Part shown: piece after piece, positions 19,710 to 31,293 of the stretch
How the letters are laid out: each line of letters opens with the position of its first letter
Numbering within the stretch: the first letter of the stretch is position 1
NCBI GenBank assembly: GCA_963716725.1
Contig: CAVQUB010000006.1
Location: 128,001 to 192,000 of the forward strand
Length of the DNA: 64,000 bases
Source of the DNA: an uncultured delta proteobacterium
GTDB lineage: Bacteria > Myxococcota_A > Polyangia > Polyangiales > Polyangiaceae
Direction: 5' to 3'
Position numbers and translations under genes: made by a program
The notes under the pieces: generated by a model
The model's database searches: none
The model's input: the letters and a program-made list of their open reading frames with translations, nothing else
What the model was told of the DNA's origin: nothing

Positions 19710-22337
19710 ATGCCGAGACGCGAGCTGACCCAGCCGTACGAACCGAATCCAGCGCTGAGAGCGCTGTATCGGCCGTTCTTCGATCGCATCCAGGTGGACC
19801 AGAGCTGGGTCGACGAGGTCCGCCGGCTGGCCGAGGCAGGCAGCGTCGTCTACGTGCTGCGGAACCTGAACTTCATCGACTTCCTGGCGCTGGACCATTT
19901 GACCAAGCGCTTCGCGCTGCCCCAGGTCCGCTTCGCCAACGACCTGGGCCTGTGGATCCTGAACCCGATGGGCAAGGGGTGGCTCAACGCCATCTTCCCG
20001 CGCAGCGACGTCAAACCGTCGGACGAGCTCGCGGACGCCCTGAGCCGGGGCGGATCGGCCGCCCTCTTCCTCAAGCGGCCCCCCGGGGTGCTCGACGTGG
20101 CCGCGGGCGGCAGCCACGGTCGCGGGCTCACCGAAGGCGACGATCTGATTCGAACCCTGATCCGCCTGCAGCGCCAGCAGACCCGATCCATTCTGCTCGT
20201 GCCTCAGGTGTTCGTGTGGTCGAAAGACCCCGACACCCGCGGCAAGGGCTCCTTCGACTTCGTGCTCGGCCCCCGCGAGTGGCCCAGCGCCATCCGCACC
20301 GTCGGGCAGTTCCTCTACAACTACAAACACGTCGCGCTCAAGGCTGGTGACCCCCTCGACCTCCGAGACTTCCTCGCCAAGCGCGATGCGAGCGAAGACG
20401 TGGCCGTGCGCCGCATCACCTACGCCATGCTCGCCCGCGTCGAACGCGAACGGCGCAGCGTCACGGGCCCCGCCGAGAAGGCCCCCGATCGCGTGCGCAT
20501 GGAGATCCTGCGCTCGCCCAAGCTGCGGAGCACCATCGAAGATCTCGCCGGCGAGAAGCTCGCCGATCGCTACGTGATCACCGCCCGCGCCCTGGCCATG
20601 CTGCGGGAGCTCCAGGCCCTGCCCGACATGGCCGCCATCAAGGGCCTCGAGGCGATCTTCGACCGGGTCTTCCATCGGATCTACGCCGGCATCGAGTACG
20701 ACAAGAGCGAAATCGAGCGGGTCCGCGACGCCGCCAAGCAAGGCTCGCTCGTGCTCCTGCCCAGCCACAAGAGCCACATCGACTACCTGGTGTTGAGCTA
20801 CGTGTTCAACGAGTCCAACCTCCAGCTCCCGCTGATCGCCGCCGGGGAAAACCTCAACTTCTTCCCCCTCGGCACCATCTTCCGCCGCAGCGGCGCCTTC
20901 TTCATCCGACGCTCGTTCAAGGGTGACAAGCTCTACACCGCGGTGGTCGACGCCTACATCCGGCGACTGATCCGCGACGGATTTCCGATTGAGCTTTTCC
21001 TGGAAGGCGGGCGCAGCCGCACCGGCAAGCTGATGGCCCCCAAGTTCGGTCTCCTGAACATGATCGTCGACGCCGCGCTGTCCGTGCCGCAGAAGACCAC
21101 CTACTTCGTGCCGGTCAGCATCGGCTACGAGCGAATCATCGAGGCCGCGAGCTATGAGAGCGAGATGGCCGGCGGCGAAAAGAAGCGGGAGGACGCCACC
21201 GATCTGCTCCGCACTCCCGAGGTGCTGCGCCACCGCTACGGCCGCATCAGCCTGCAGTTCGGCGAAATCTTGTCGCTGGCAGAGGTCGGCGCGGAGCTCG
21301 GCATCGCGCTCGAGGACGTTCGTTCCCCCGGCAAGCGGCGCGCGCTGGTGACTCGCCTCGGCAACCGCGTCATGGACGAGATCAACCAGGCCACCGCCGT
21401 GACCCCGGGGGCGCTCACGGCCCTCGCGCTGCTCTCACACCCCCGGCGAGGCATGCCCTGGAGCGAGCTGGTCGACCGGGCCTCGAAGTTCTCCACCGTG
21501 CTTGCCTCCCTCGGCGCGCACATCTCGAAGAGCGCCGTGACCCCGACCGGCGCCCTGCGTTCCGAAGCCATCCGCGAGTCCGCGCAGATGTTCGCCGACG
21601 CCAATCTGGTCGAGGTCCACACGCCCTTGGGCGAGGGCGCGAAAGAGAAGCGCTCGCGCAGCATCGAGGACGAGTCGATCCTCACGCCGGTCGAGAAACG
21701 CCGGCTCGTGCTCGACACCACGAAGAACATCATCGTGCACTTCTTCGTCGAGCGCGCGCTGGTCGCCGTGGCGGCGTTGGTACCGCCCGGACCGCCCGTC
21801 GCCGGAGCCACGGTACGGGAGCGAGTTCAGACGCTGTCGCGCCTCTTCAAGTACGAGTTCCGCTTCCGGGCCGACGCGCCCTTCGACGCCATCTTCGACG
21901 AGACCGTGGCGGCGATGCAGGAGAGCGGGGCGATCGCTCGGGATCCGGGCGGAGACCTCGTTTGCGGTCCGGGAGCCAACGGCGCGAGCGGACGCGATTG
22001 GCTCGAGCTGTACGCGAGCGTGGTGACCAACTTTCTAGAGGGCTACCGCGTCGCTGCCCGAGGCCTCGGAGCCCTGCTCAAGGCGGACGCCACCCCGAAG
22101 GATCTCACCAAGAAATGCCTGGCCGTCGGCAATCGCATGTTCTTCGCCGGAGAGATCTCGCGCAAGGAGGCGGTCAGCAAGCCGCTGGTCGAAAACGCGC
22201 TGACCGCCTTCGTCGATCAGGGGTACCTGCTCAAGAATGAGGGTAAGCTCGAGCTGACCGACACCTTTCGGGCGCAGACGGCCGTGGCCACCATCGAGAG
22301 CAAAATCGCCTTGTTTCTGGGGCAAGGCAAAGAATGA
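19710..22337 (+). CDS. plsB: Glycerol-3-phosphate acyltransferase (PlsB type)
   Basis: PSHKSHIDY (HX4D), GAFFIRR and FLEGGRSRTGK motifs; 875 aa. Confidence 0.92.
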   Translation: MPRRELTQPYEPNPALRALYRPFFDRIQVDQSWVDEVRRLAEAGSVVYVLRNLNFIDFLALDHLTKRFALPQVRFANDLGLWILNPMGKGWLNAIFPRSDVKPSDELADALSRGGSAALFLKRPPGVLDVAAGGSHGRGLTEGDDLIRTLIRLQRQQTRSILLVPQVFVWSKDPDTRGKGSFDFVLGPREWPSAIRTVGQFLYNYKHVALKAGDPLDLRDFLAKRDASEDVAVRRITYAMLARVERERRSVTGPAEKAPDRVRMEILRSPKLRSTIEDLAGEKLADRYVITARALAMLRELQALPDMAAIKGLEAIFDRVFHRIYAGIEYDKSEIERVRDAAKQGSLVLLPSHKSHIDYLVLSYVFNESNLQLPLIAAGENLNFFPLGTIFRRSGAFFIRRSFKGDKLYTAVVDAYIRRLIRDGFPIELFLEGGRSRTGKLMAPKFGLLNMIVDAALSVPQKTTYFVPVSIGYERIIEAASYESEMAGGEKKREDATDLLRTPEVLRHRYGRISLQFGEILSLAEVGAELGIALEDVRSPGKRRALVTRLGNRVMDEINQATAVTPGALTALALLSHPRRGMPWSELVDRASKFSTVLASLGAHISKSAVTPTGALRSEAIRESAQMFADANLVEVHTPLGEGAKEKRSRSIEDESILTPVEKRRLVLDTTKNIIVHFFVERALVAVAALVPPGPPVAGATVRERVQTLSRLFKYEFRFRADAPFDAIFDETVAAMQESGAIARDPGGDLVCGPGANGASGRDWLELYASVVTNFLEGYRVAARGLGALLKADATPKDLTKKCLAVGNRMFFAGEISRKEAVSKPLVENALTAFVDQGYLLKNEGKLELTDTFRAQTAVATIESKIALFLGQGKE

Positions 22338-23182
22338 GATCAGCCGTCCTGATTCCCTTCTTGCTCACTTCGGGCTGCTTCGGTGTGCCGACTCCCCTCG
22401 CCCCGCTGGTCGACGGATCCGTGGGCGTCCCGCACGCCGGCGTGCTGCGCGGCGGCGCGGAGCTGCCCGTGCGCGGCAAGGGCTTCGCGCGACTGCGCCC
22501 CAAGAGCTCGCACTACTGGGGCAACCCGCGCCTGGTCCGATCGATCGAGGGCGCCGCTCGCGCCGTCGCCGAGGGCGCCCCCGGCGGCGCACCGCTCTTC
22601 GTTGGCGATCTTTCGGCGCGCCAGGGCGGCAAGATCCCCGGCCACCGTTCGCACCGGACGGGCCGCGACGTCGACTTGCTCTTCTACGCCACGACGCCCT
22701 CGGGCGCTCCGGTGCCGAGTCCGGGCTTCGTCAAGTTCGGCACCGATGGGCTCGCGCAGGTGAAGGACGAACACTTCGTGCGATTCGACGTCGAACGCAA
22801 CTGGCTCTTGGTGCGGGCTCTCGTCGCCTCACCCGAGGCGCAGGTGCAGTGGCTCTTCGCCAGCCGTGGCGTCGAAGCTCTCTTGATCGACTACGCGCGT
22901 GCCCGGGGCGAACCGCTCGACCTGATCTGGCGGGCCGAGACCATGCTGCTCGAACCCGGTGATTCGAGCCCCCACGACGATCACTTTCACGTCCGCCTCG
23001 GCTGCTCCGCGGACGAGGAGATCGCCGGCTGCGAAGGCGGGGGCCCGCGCTGGGACTGGCTCGAGAGCTACCCGCCGCTGCCGCCGCTCGATCGAAACGC
23101 GCTCAGCGAAATCGCCAGCGATGACCCCTTCGGCCTGGAAGCCGCCGCGCTCGAGGGTGCTGCCGCGGGCGACGATGTCTGA
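22334..23182 (+). CDS. mepA: Penicillin-insensitive murein endopeptidase (MepA family), lipoprotein
   Basis: VGDLS...GG...HRSHRTGRDVD and HDDHFHVR; lipobox TSGC. Confidence 0.85.
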   Translation: MRSAVLIPFLLTSGCFGVPTPLAPLVDGSVGVPHAGVLRGGAELPVRGKGFARLRPKSSHYWGNPRLVRSIEGAARAVAEGAPGGAPLFVGDLSARQGGKIPGHRSHRTGRDVDLLFYATTPSGAPVPSPGFVKFGTDGLAQVKDEHFVRFDVERNWLLVRALVASPEAQVQWLFASRGVEALLIDYARARGEPLDLIWRAETMLLEPGDSSPHDDHFHVRLGCSADEEIAGCEGGGPRWDWLESYPPLPPLDRNALSEIASDDPFGLEAAALEGAAAGDDV

Positions 23183-24083
23183 ACGCAGCCCGGGGCCTCG
23201 GGGCGCCCTGCTCGAAGGCGACTGCCTCGAACAGCTCCCGACCCTGGGCCGTCAGCGCTTCGATCTGGTCTACGTCGACCCGCCCTTCAACACCGGATTC
23301 GCTCATCGCGCGCGCCGCACCCAAGGAGCGCGCGTCCACGGCGCACTCGCCTACGACGACGCCTGGGGCGGACTCGACGCGTTCTTGGCCATGCTCGAAC
23401 CGCGCCTCGCGGCGATCCGCGGCGTCTTGGCCGACACTGGCAGCCTGTGGTTGCACCTCGATCACCGCGCCGTGCACGACGCCAAGGTCGTCGCCGATCG
23501 CGTCTTCGGTCGCGGAGGCTTCAAGGGCGAAGTCATCTGGGTGCCGGGCAACGGCGCCCGCGGCAAGAGCGGTCCCTGCGTCACGCACCAGACCATCCTG
23601 GTCTACGCCAAGGCGCGCGAAATGCTCTGGAACCACGACGACCCCTGGCTGCGCGAGCCCTTCGCCAAGACCAGCCTCGACATGCACTTCACGCACACCG
23701 ACGCCCAAGGCCGCCGCTTTCGCGAGCGCGTCATCGGCGGCAAGGCCTATCGCTACTACGCTGACGTCGGACGCAAGCTCGGCAGCGTGTGGACCGACTG
23801 CCCGGCCATGCGAGCGAACACGCCCCTCGATCCCGAGTCCACCGGCTATCCCACTCAGAAACCCGAGCGCCTTCTGGAACGCATCGTGCGGGCGACGACG
23901 CCGGCCCGGGGCCGGGTCCTCGATCCGATGTGCGGCAGCGGCACCACGCTGGCCGTCGCCCAGCGCCTGGGCCGGCGTTGGGTCGGCATCGACCAGAGCC
24001 CCGTGGCCCTGGCCGTCACTCGCGCTCGACTCGGCCTCACGAGTTCAAAGCCGGGGGCGCGAGCTCGTAGCGTGTCGCGGTAG
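23175..24083 (+). CDS. Site-specific DNA methyltransferase (N4/N6, beta class), orphan
   Basis: [23 protein letters not shown] and [11 protein letters not shown]. Confidence 0.92.
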   Translation: MSERSPGPRGALLEGDCLEQLPTLGRQRFDLVYVDPPFNTGFAHRARRTQGARVHGALAYDDAWGGLDAFLAMLEPRLAAIRGVLADTGSLWLHLDHRAVHDAKVVADRVFGRGGFKGEVIWVPGNGARGKSGPCVTHQTILVYAKAREMLWNHDDPWLREPFAKTSLDMHFTHTDAQGRRFRERVIGGKAYRYYADVGRKLGSVWTDCPAMRANTPLDPESTGYPTQKPERLLERIVRATTPARGRVLDPMCGSGTTLAVAQRLGRRWVGIDQSPVALAVTRARLGLTSSKPGARARSVSR

Positions 24084-26765
24084 CTCCCGCGCGCAACGGA
24101 ACGAGAGACCGGTGCCACGCGTGAGGGCGTAGAGCCCACCGCGGGAGGTCGATCGCGCCCAGCTCGCGTCGCCGCTCCAGAGCCCGGAGCGCACCATGCG
24201 AAAACCCGACTCGCCTCGGCCGGTCTCGGGATCCGGCTCGGGCTCCTGGTCGAGCTCCGCGGCGGTCTTCTCCTTGAAGATGTCGCCGACCCACTCGCGC
24301 ATGCCGCCGGCCAGGTCGCGCACACCGTAGGGCGAGACGTCCTTCGGGAACGAGCCCACCGGCTCGGGTTGCTGGATGAAGGGTCGCGAGTCGCGCATCT
24401 TGCAGAAGGTCGCGTCGAAGCGATCTCCCCAAGGAAAGAACCTACCGTCGCTCCCTCGCGCGGCCTTCTCCCACTCAATCTCGCTCGGCAGACGAACCGG
24501 AGCCCCGAGGCGCGCCGCGAGCCAGCGACAGTAGGCGCGAGCGTCGAACCAATCGATCAAGTGAACGGGTATCCGCCAGAGGTGGCCCTCGGCCTCGGGG
24601 AAGAGCTTGCGGGCTTCGCCCTCGATGATCTCGGAAATGGGCTCCCACCTGCCGCCCTGTCCGCGCTTGACCGCCATGCCTTCGGAGCCGCGCATGTCGT
24701 GGGGTGCACGGCGGAGCGCGAGGTCGGGCTGCTGCTGCGAGATCTCGTCGAGGAACTCGCAGTACTCCCGGATCGTGACCGGATACTCCGCGATGGCGAA
24801 ATCGCCGACGGTCACGTCTTGGCGCGGGATCGGATCGATGGCGTCCGGATCCCCGCCGACCGTGATCGTACCGCCAGGAACATAGACGAAACCCTCGCCG
24901 ATCTCGTCGTCCCGGTAGAGCGTCACGCGGCCGTCGTGTCGACCTCCGCGGGAGAGCGAGACCGGATAGCGCACGTCACGCAAGCCCGGAGCGCGAAGCA
25001 CCACGAGATAGCTGCCCGGATCGAGCCGCACGTCCGCGAGCGGCGTACGACCCAAGAAACGCTCCGAGCCCGGCACCAGCACGCGGTCTTGCTCTGCGTA
25101 GCGCTGGGCAAAAACCTGCGCTCCCGGCGGATTCGAGCGCAGACTGAAATGCGCTTCGGCGCGGATCAGCGCGCCGAACTCCCCGCTGTCGTGTTCGAGA
25201 ACCAGCGCCTCGTAGTAGACCTGTGCCGCCGGGCGGCGATCGGTCTCGGCGGTCAAAGCCCGTGACCAGTAGAGTTCGGCCAACCCGCGGTGGGCCGGCT
25301 GGCACTCCGAGTCGTAGCCAAGCGCCTTGGTGTAGAGCTCGATGCACTGGGCCAGCGCCAGGCCTCCCTCGCGATCGGCTTCGGCGATGCGGTCTTCGAT
25401 GCGCCAGGCCGTACGCTTCTTCTCGACGGACTCCCAAGCCGCGATCTCTTTCTTCACCTCGCGCGCCACCCCGGTGAGCTGGCGCCGCTCGGCCTCGAGC
25501 TCCTGGTGGCGCCTCCTCGGCTCGGCAGCCTGGTCACACAGGCGCAGCGCCTCGTCCCGTCGGCGGTCCTTCTCCTTGGCGCCCTCGAGAAACTCTTCCA
25601 CACCCTGGGCGACCAGATCGGCGGACTTGGGCCGCTTCGCCGGATCGGACTCCATGAGCTTCAGACACAGGTCTTCGAGCAAGAGCGGGCAGGCAGGGCT
25701 GACTTCGCGGGGCGGGGTCGCGCCTTTCTCGTACGCGGCCACCAATGCCCGCGCGTCCGACGCGAAGCCGAAGGGATGCTTACCGGTCAGGATTTCGTAC
25801 AGGATGACGCCGAGGGCGAACAGATCGCTGCGTTGATCGACGTCTGCCCAAACGCCCAGCGCGACCTCCGGCGCAAGGTAGCCAGGCGTGCCACCGGCGG
25901 GAGAGCCGAAGGCCGGCGGCGGCTGCGAGCCCCGCAGGTGCTGGCGCAGGGAGCTGTCCCGGTGCACCTTCGCCAGGCCCCAATCGGCCAGGTACACCTC
26001 GCCGAAATCGCCGAGCAAGATGTTGTCGGGTTTGATGTCGCCGTGCAGCACTCCGCGCGCGTGTGCATAGCCCAGCGCGCGACACACCTGCACAAAGGCT
26101 CCAAGCAGGCGCACCATCGACCACTGCGCGCGCAAGGCGGGACGGTCGAGCACGTCGCCCAGCGACTGCTTCTTGACCACACGCATCGTGAAGAAGGGCT
26201 CACCGTCGTCGAGGACGCCGAGGTCGTAGATCGGCACGATGTTCGGGTGCTCGAGCTGCGAGGTGATGCGCGCTTCGGTGAGGAAGCGCCGGATCATGGC
26301 GCGATCGGGCTCGGGGTTGTGCATGGTCTTGAGCGCGACGATGCGCCCAATCTCGCGGTCGAGGGCGGCGACGACCTTGCCCATGCCGCCGCGACCGAGG
26401 ACCTCGACTGGCGAATAGCGCGGGCCCTCGAAGCGACCCGGCAGCAGGCTGACCTCGCGCCGCGATGGGCCCGTGCCGAGCTCGACGCTGGCGGGTGGCA
26501 ACGCGAGGCTGCCCGGCATCGTCGCGCGTTCGGACGCCGCCGGCGCCAACTGCTCAGGGAACGCCTGCAGCGTCGCCACGGGCCGGCGCTCTCCCGACTG
26601 GGTCAAGGCGACGAATCGCTCTTGCGGCAGGACTGAGGCGAGCGCCGCTTCGGGTGAGACGGCCGGCTCGCCCGCCACCTGCGCGATCTCCCAGAACTCT
26701 TCCGGGCTCATGAGCCCGCGCGAGAGCGCCTCCAACGCCAGCTCGCGCGCGTCTCGGAGCTTCAT
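24045..26765 (-). CDS. Ser/Thr protein kinase fused to PEGA-like and FGE-sulfatase (SUMF1) domains
   Basis: [16 protein letters not shown] and DWGLAK; C-terminal [14 protein letters not shown]...[15 protein letters not shown]...FRC. Confidence 0.92.
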   Translation of the reverse strand: MKLRDARELALEALSRGLMSPEEFWEIAQVAGEPAVSPEAALASVLPQERFVALTQSGERRPVATLQAFPEQLAPAASERATMPGSLALPPASVELGTGPSRREVSLLPGRFEGPRYSPVEVLGRGGMGKVVAALDREIGRIVALKTMHNPEPDRAMIRRFLTEARITSQLEHPNIVPIYDLGVLDDGEPFFTMRVVKKQSLGDVLDRPALRAQWSMVRLLGAFVQVCRALGYAHARGVLHGDIKPDNILLGDFGEVYLADWGLAKVHRDSSLRQHLRGSQPPPAFGSPAGGTPGYLAPEVALGVWADVDQRSDLFALGVILYEILTGKHPFGFASDARALVAAYEKGATPPREVSPACPLLLEDLCLKLMESDPAKRPKSADLVAQGVEEFLEGAKEKDRRRDEALRLCDQAAEPRRRHQELEAERRQLTGVAREVKKEIAAWESVEKKRTAWRIEDRIAEADREGGLALAQCIELYTKALGYDSECQPAHRGLAELYWSRALTAETDRRPAAQVYYEALVLEHDSGEFGALIRAEAHFSLRSNPPGAQVFAQRYAEQDRVLVPGSERFLGRTPLADVRLDPGSYLVVLRAPGLRDVRYPVSLSRGGRHDGRVTLYRDDEIGEGFVYVPGGTITVGGDPDAIDPIPRQDVTVGDFAIAEYPVTIREYCEFLDEISQQQPDLALRRAPHDMRGSEGMAVKRGQGGRWEPISEIIEGEARKLFPEAEGHLWRIPVHLIDWFDARAYCRWLAARLGAPVRLPSEIEWEKAARGSDGRFFPWGDRFDATFCKMRDSRPFIQQPEPVGSFPKDVSPYGVRDLAGGMREWVGDIFKEKTAAELDQEPEPDPETGRGESGFRMVRSGLWSGDASWARSTSRGGLYALTRGTGLSFRCARELPRHATSSRPRL

Positions 26766-26806
26766 CAGAGCATCAGGCTATCACGCAGGTCCGGCGGCCG
26801 CGGCGA

Positions 26807-27241
26807 TCACGGGTCGCAGGCGACGGGTCGGAGCGAGAAGGTCGGGGCGGGGTCCTGGGTCTCGTCCACCGAGCCGTCCCAGACCGTGTCGACGCAGCAC
26901 TGCTTGCGCGCCATGGCGCCCAGCACCGCGCGCGTCGCAATGCGACGTCCCGGACCTTCGGGCACCTTGGTGATGATCTTGTTGTAGATGGAGATGAGCG
27001 GGTTGCAGGGGTTCGGCGGATACATGGGCCCGCCGACGCCCGGCAGGTGCGCTGTGTTCTGGAGCCGCCTGAAGTAACCCAAAGCGGCTCCGGCTCCGGG
27101 GTACCCGGCGAGGGTCTCCGCCTTGCCATCGAAGTCCATCATCCTCACGCGGGCCGCCTTGTTGGGAGCGGAGTTGCCCACCCCAGCGATGGTCATCACA
27201 CCAACTACAGAGAGCAGGGCAGAGATCTTCAGGTGTCGCAT
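26807..27241 (-). CDS. Small secreted hypothetical protein (4 Cys)
   Basis: Signal-peptide-like MRHLKISALLSVVGVMTIAG; GAGGAG upstream. Confidence 0.6.
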   Translation of the reverse strand: MRHLKISALLSVVGVMTIAGVGNSAPNKAARVRMMDFDGKAETLAGYPGAGAALGYFRRLQNTAHLPGVGGPMYPPNPCNPLISIYNKIITKVPEGPGRRIATRAVLGAMARKQCCVDTVWDGSVDETQDPAPTFSLRPVACDP

Positions 27242-27389
27242 GGAGCTCCTCGATGTGTGCACGGGGCGAAATTTCCCGAGAGTCACCGATAACGATACCC
27301 GAGTCTCTTCCGCCGTCAACGATCTCGACGCAGGCGAGCGCTGCCTACACCTGACGCCAAGGTGAGACGCCGCGGCGCGGCGCGGCTCG

Positions 27390-28043
27390 TCACACGCTCA
27401 TGGTTCGGAGCTCGGTCGACACGCGCAGCGGGGGCTCGGTCTTTTCAATGACCTCATCGGCGGTCACGCCCGGCGCGAGCTCAACCAAGGTGAGCCCGCT
27501 CGCGTCGACGTCGATCACGGCCAAATCGGTGATGATGCGGTGCACGACGGCCTTGCCGGTGAGAGGCAGCGCGCAGACGTTCAGGATCTTGGGCGCCCCG
27601 CTCTTGGCCGTGTGCTCCATGATCACGACCACGCGCTTTGCGCCGTGGACCAGATCCATGGCGCCACCCATGCCCTTGATCATCTTGCCGGGGATCATCC
27701 AGTTGGCGAGATCGCCCTCGCGGCTGACCTCCATGGCGCCCAGGATGGCCAGATCGACGTGCCCACCCCGGATCATCGAAAAGCTCGTGGAGCTATCGAA
27801 GATCGAGGAGCCGGGCACCATGGTGACGGTCTCTTTTCCGGCGTTGATCAGGTCGGCGTCTTCTTCACCCTCGATGGGATAGGGCCCGATGCCGAGCAAG
27901 CCGTTCTCGCTCTGCAGCATCACCTCGACGCCGTCGGGGATGTAGTTGGCCACCAGGGTCGGCATCCCGATGCCGAGGTTCACGGTGAAGCCGTCTCGAA
28001 GCTCTTGGGCGGCCCGCTGTGCAATCTGCTCTCGCGTCAGCAT
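27390..28043 (-). CDS. scoB: 3-oxoacid CoA-transferase subunit B
   Basis: [15 protein letters not shown] and GMGGAMDLV. Confidence 0.93.
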   Translation of the reverse strand: MLTREQIAQRAAQELRDGFTVNLGIGMPTLVANYIPDGVEVMLQSENGLLGIGPYPIEGEEDADLINAGKETVTMVPGSSIFDSSTSFSMIRGGHVDLAILGAMEVSREGDLANWMIPGKMIKGMGGAMDLVHGAKRVVVIMEHTAKSGAPKILNVCALPLTGKAVVHRIITDLAVIDVDASGLTLVELAPGVTADEVIEKTEPPLRVSTELRTMSV

Positions 28044-28057
28044 CGTCGTCTTGCTCC

Positions 28058-28756
28058 TCAGCTCTTGCGAGTGGTTCGGCGTTCGATGCGCTTCTGGTGG
28101 GCTCCACCGCCCACCACCACGCGCTGCACGAAGACGCCGGGCGTGTGGATGTCATCCGGATCGAGCTGCCCGACCTCGACCAGCTCCTCCACCTCGGCAA
28201 TGGTGATCTTTCCTGCCATCGCCACCAGGGGATTGAAGTTCCGCGCCGTCAGCCGGTAGCAGAGGTTGCCGTAGCGATCGCCCTTCCAGGCCTTCACCAG
28301 GGCGAACTCGCCGGTGAGGCCGCGCTCCATGACGTACATGCGTCCGTCGAACTCGCGCACCTCTTTGCCCTCGGCCACCTTCGTGCCAAAGCCCGCCGGC
28401 GTGTAAAACGCGGGGATGCCCGCGCCGCCGGCCCGCATGCGCTCGGCCAGGGTGCCCTGCGGCACCAACTCGACCTCGAGCTCTCCCGAGAGAAACTGGC
28501 GCTCGAACTCTTTGTTCTCGCCGACGTAGCTCGAGACCATGCGCCTTATCTGCTTGTTCTGCAGCAAGATGCCGAGACCGAACTCGTCGACCCCGCAGTT
28601 GTTGCTGATGAACGTCAGGTTCTTCACGCCCTTGTCCCGCAGCGCCTGAATGGCGAGCTCCGGGATGCCGCACAAACCGAACCCGCCGGCGAGGATGCTG
28701 GCGCCGTCTCCGACGTCGGCCACCGCCTCGGCGGCGCTCTTCATGACCTTGTCCAT
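28058..28756 (-). CDS. scoA: 3-oxoacid CoA-transferase subunit A
   Basis: [32 protein letters not shown] and TARNFNP. Confidence 0.93.
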   Translation of the reverse strand: MDKVMKSAAEAVADVGDGASILAGGFGLCGIPELAIQALRDKGVKNLTFISNNCGVDEFGLGILLQNKQIRRMVSSYVGENKEFERQFLSGELEVELVPQGTLAERMRAGGAGIPAFYTPAGFGTKVAEGKEVREFDGRMYVMERGLTGEFALVKAWKGDRYGNLCYRLTARNFNPLVAMAGKITIAEVEELVEVGQLDPDDIHTPGVFVQRVVVGGGAHQKRIERRTTRKS

Positions 28757-28945
28757 GGCGACGTTTCGCTACCACCGCCCGAGAGCGGGAGGAAGCGCGG
28801 AGCGGGCCCCCGACGCCGGCCCAGTCTCCGGCGCCCACGAGGTGGCGCAGCGAGCCAGCTCACCGACACAAGCCGTCCACGTACGCCGTAGGCCTGGCGG
28901 GTTTGGTTTGCGCGAGCAAAAACCGCTGCAAGACAAGGAAACTCG

Positions 28946-29245
28946 CTACAGCTTCGGGCCGCGGCCGCGGCGGGCACCCCAAACCGAGTGCAGCATGATG
29001 ACCTGGGCCTTTCGGTCGATTGAGAAGTACACGTGGTACTCGGTCTTCTCGAGCAGCCAGCGGCGGATGAGCCGGTTCTTTCGGTAACCGTAGACTTGGC
29101 CTGATGCCGGCGCCGCGGAGAGATGGAACTCGGCCGCCTCGAGCTCGTCCAAGAACAGCAGCAGCGCCCCAGGCCGGTTCTTGTTCCACCACAGGGCAGC
29201 GCGGACGATCTCGCGCTTCGCGCGGCCGGTCGCGCGGACTTTCAC
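28946..29245 (-). CDS. Type II toxin, RelE/ParE family
   Basis: 99-aa basic protein (A.REI..A..WW...LFLDEL...YHVYF...IMLHSVWGARRG), start overlapping the upstream partner. Confidence 0.8.
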   Translation of the reverse strand: MKVRATGRAKREIVRAALWWNKNRPGALLLFLDELEAAEFHLSAAPASGQVYGYRKNRLIRRWLLEKTEYHVYFSIDRKAQVIMLHSVWGARRGRGPKL

Positions 29246-29487
29246 AGCTGCACACGAAGTTCGGCGATGATCTTCGACAAGTCCTCGACGTTGCCCGCTT
29301 GCTCGTCATCCATGCTCTCGTCGATCGAGCGATGCAGAGCCGCTCGTTCCTCGTCATCGAGATCGTCGCCGCCGGTCGCGATCACCTCGTCGAGCGGAAT
29401 GAGTTCGATGACCTGCCCCTCGGGCAAGTCGGTGGGCTCGTCAAGCTTGAGCCGACCGTTTTCGACGCGGGCCTTCAGAGCTGACAT
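29242..29487 (-). CDS. Putative antitoxin (DUF104/AF2212-like N-terminus)
   Basis: 81-aa acidic MSALKARVENGRLKLDEPTDLPEG..., 4-bp overlap with the toxin. Confidence 0.75.
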   Translation of the reverse strand: MSALKARVENGRLKLDEPTDLPEGQVIELIPLDEVIATGGDDLDDEERAALHRSIDESMDDEQAGNVEDLSKIIAELRVQL

Positions 29488-29654
29488 GCCGTGAAGATAC
29501 CGCGTTTCGCCCCTCTGCGCCGCGTCGAACAGGCGGTGCAGCTGGTTCGGGCCGATCGCCTTGGCTGCTGCCCTGCGCCCTTTGCGGCACGATGTTCCGC
29601 GCCGTAGCCGAGGCACGGGGACGCGCGCGCCTGCGGCAGAGCTGACGAGGGTCG

Positions 29655-31280
29655 TCAGAGAATCGTCTCGAAACCGTGCCCCTCGGCCCTCAACACCTCT
29701 TCGGCGGCGCGCACCCCGTGATCCTGCGCTTCTTCGAAGAGCCCGACGCCGGACAGATCGGAGTGCGCGAAGTGCACGCGGCCGAGGGGCTCCGCCGCCC
29801 GCTTGCGAGCCGCGCTCCAGATGAAGCCCGGGCCCGGCCGGACCATGGCGTGACCCCAACGCACGACGTCCACGCGTTCGATCACCTTGCCGATGTCCGA
29901 GTGCGCGGGCTCGAGCTCACGCAGGATCTCCGCCACGAAGTGCGTGTGATCCAGCTCGAGCAGCTTGGTACGGGCCAGCCGCGGTTCCGGATCGATCACG
30001 GGCTGGTAGTAGGTCAGCACCGTCGGACCGTAGTCCTCGAGGCGTTGGTGGGTCGCCACAACGTAGCCGAGGGAAGCGCCGCCGTAGATCACGTTGTCCC
30101 AGGCCATGCCGAAGCCGCGGCTCTTGGGCCGCCGGCGCAGGTGCAGGTTGGCGACCCACCACACGCCGTAGTCGAAGGATCGCAGGTGCTCGGGCGGCTG
30201 ATCGCGGAAGGGCCGGAGCACCCGAGGCACGACGAACTTGGGCAGGGCCATGATGACGCGGTCCGCAACGACCTTCGCGAGGGAGCCTTGGGCCGTGTCG
30301 AACACCGACAGCTCCACATCGCGCTCGCTCGGCACCACGTCGGTCACGAGTCGGCCGGTCGAGAGGCGACCTCCAGCAATGGACGCGAGGTGACGCACGA
30401 TGCGGCCGTTGCCCTCGGGCCACGACAGGAAGGGCGCGCTCAGGGCCCGCGGCGCCGGCACCCGCGAGCAGAAGTAGAAGAGCATCGCCCACGCGCTGGT
30501 CTCGGCGAGGGAGGCGCCGTAGTCGTCGCGGCAAGCGTACTCCACCCACCAGCGCAAGACGTCGCCGGAGAGCCCGCGCTGATCGAGCCAGGCGGCAGCG
30601 CTGATCCGATCGAGCGCGGTCACCTCCGCGTCGTCGCTCGACTGGCGGAGCGGCAGCGCAAAGGCGCGACGACCCTTGCCGTCACGCCACGTGACCCAGC
30701 GGTCGATCTCCTTCTGGAAACGCTCGAGCTCCGCACGGTCCTCGTCGGTGGCGATTGCCTGGGGCCACAAGCCCTCGTGCCAGCGGCCGTCGGCGAAGAC
30801 GCGCTCCTCGGGCTCGCGCACCAAGAGCTCCTCTTTGCCCCGGGGCTCGCCGTCCGGACCCCGCGCCTCGAGCGCGCCCATTTCGTCGAGCAAGGCCGTG
30901 AGCGCGCGGTTGTCCCGCGTCGGGACCGGCACGTAGTGCGCGCCCCAGGGGTGAGGCACGACTCCATCGGTCCCGAAGCTGCTGGTGCCGCCGGGCTCCG
31001 GCTCGAGCTCGAGCACCACGAAGTCTTTGAAGCCAGCGCGCTCGAGCCGCCAGGCCGCCGACAGACCGCTGGGCCCGGCGCCGACGATGACGACCTTCAC
31101 TCGCTTCGCTTCGCCGCTCGCGCGCTCGACGGTGGCGTCGCGCAAGCGGTGCCCAACGCTCGGATCGGGCCCGACCAGCTTGCCGGGGATGTCCCGAGGC
31201 GAGCGCTTGCATCCCGGAGCGGTCGCCATCAGCGGCGCCCCCGCGATCAGGCCGAGCAGCTCTCGGCGCGAGACGCTCAT
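29655..31280 (-). CDS. Tat-exported FAD-dependent amine oxidoreductase
   Basis: SRRELLG twin-arginine leader, GAGPSGL, WGAHYVP, RWGHAM and FAHSDLSG..LFEEA. Confidence 0.88.
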   Translation of the reverse strand: MSVSRRELLGLIAGAPLMATAPGCKRSPRDIPGKLVGPDPSVGHRLRDATVERASGEAKRVKVVIVGAGPSGLSAAWRLERAGFKDFVVLELEPEPGGTSSFGTDGVVPHPWGAHYVPVPTRDNRALTALLDEMGALEARGPDGEPRGKEELLVREPEERVFADGRWHEGLWPQAIATDEDRAELERFQKEIDRWVTWRDGKGRRAFALPLRQSSDDAEVTALDRISAAAWLDQRGLSGDVLRWWVEYACRDDYGASLAETSAWAMLFYFCSRVPAPRALSAPFLSWPEGNGRIVRHLASIAGGRLSTGRLVTDVVPSERDVELSVFDTAQGSLAKVVADRVIMALPKFVVPRVLRPFRDQPPEHLRSFDYGVWWVANLHLRRRPKSRGFGMAWDNVIYGGASLGYVVATHQRLEDYGPTVLTYYQPVIDPEPRLARTKLLELDHTHFVAEILRELEPAHSDIGKVIERVDVVRWGHAMVRPGPGFIWSAARKRAAEPLGRVHFAHSDLSGVGLFEEAQDHGVRAAEEVLRAEGHGFETIL

Positions 31281-31293
31281 CGCATGGGCTCGG

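Noticed and set aside
24045..26765. Kinase-FGE fusion as a diversity-generating retroelement target
   Set aside because: No reverse transcriptase or template repeat in the window, and the architecture is common in myxobacteria.
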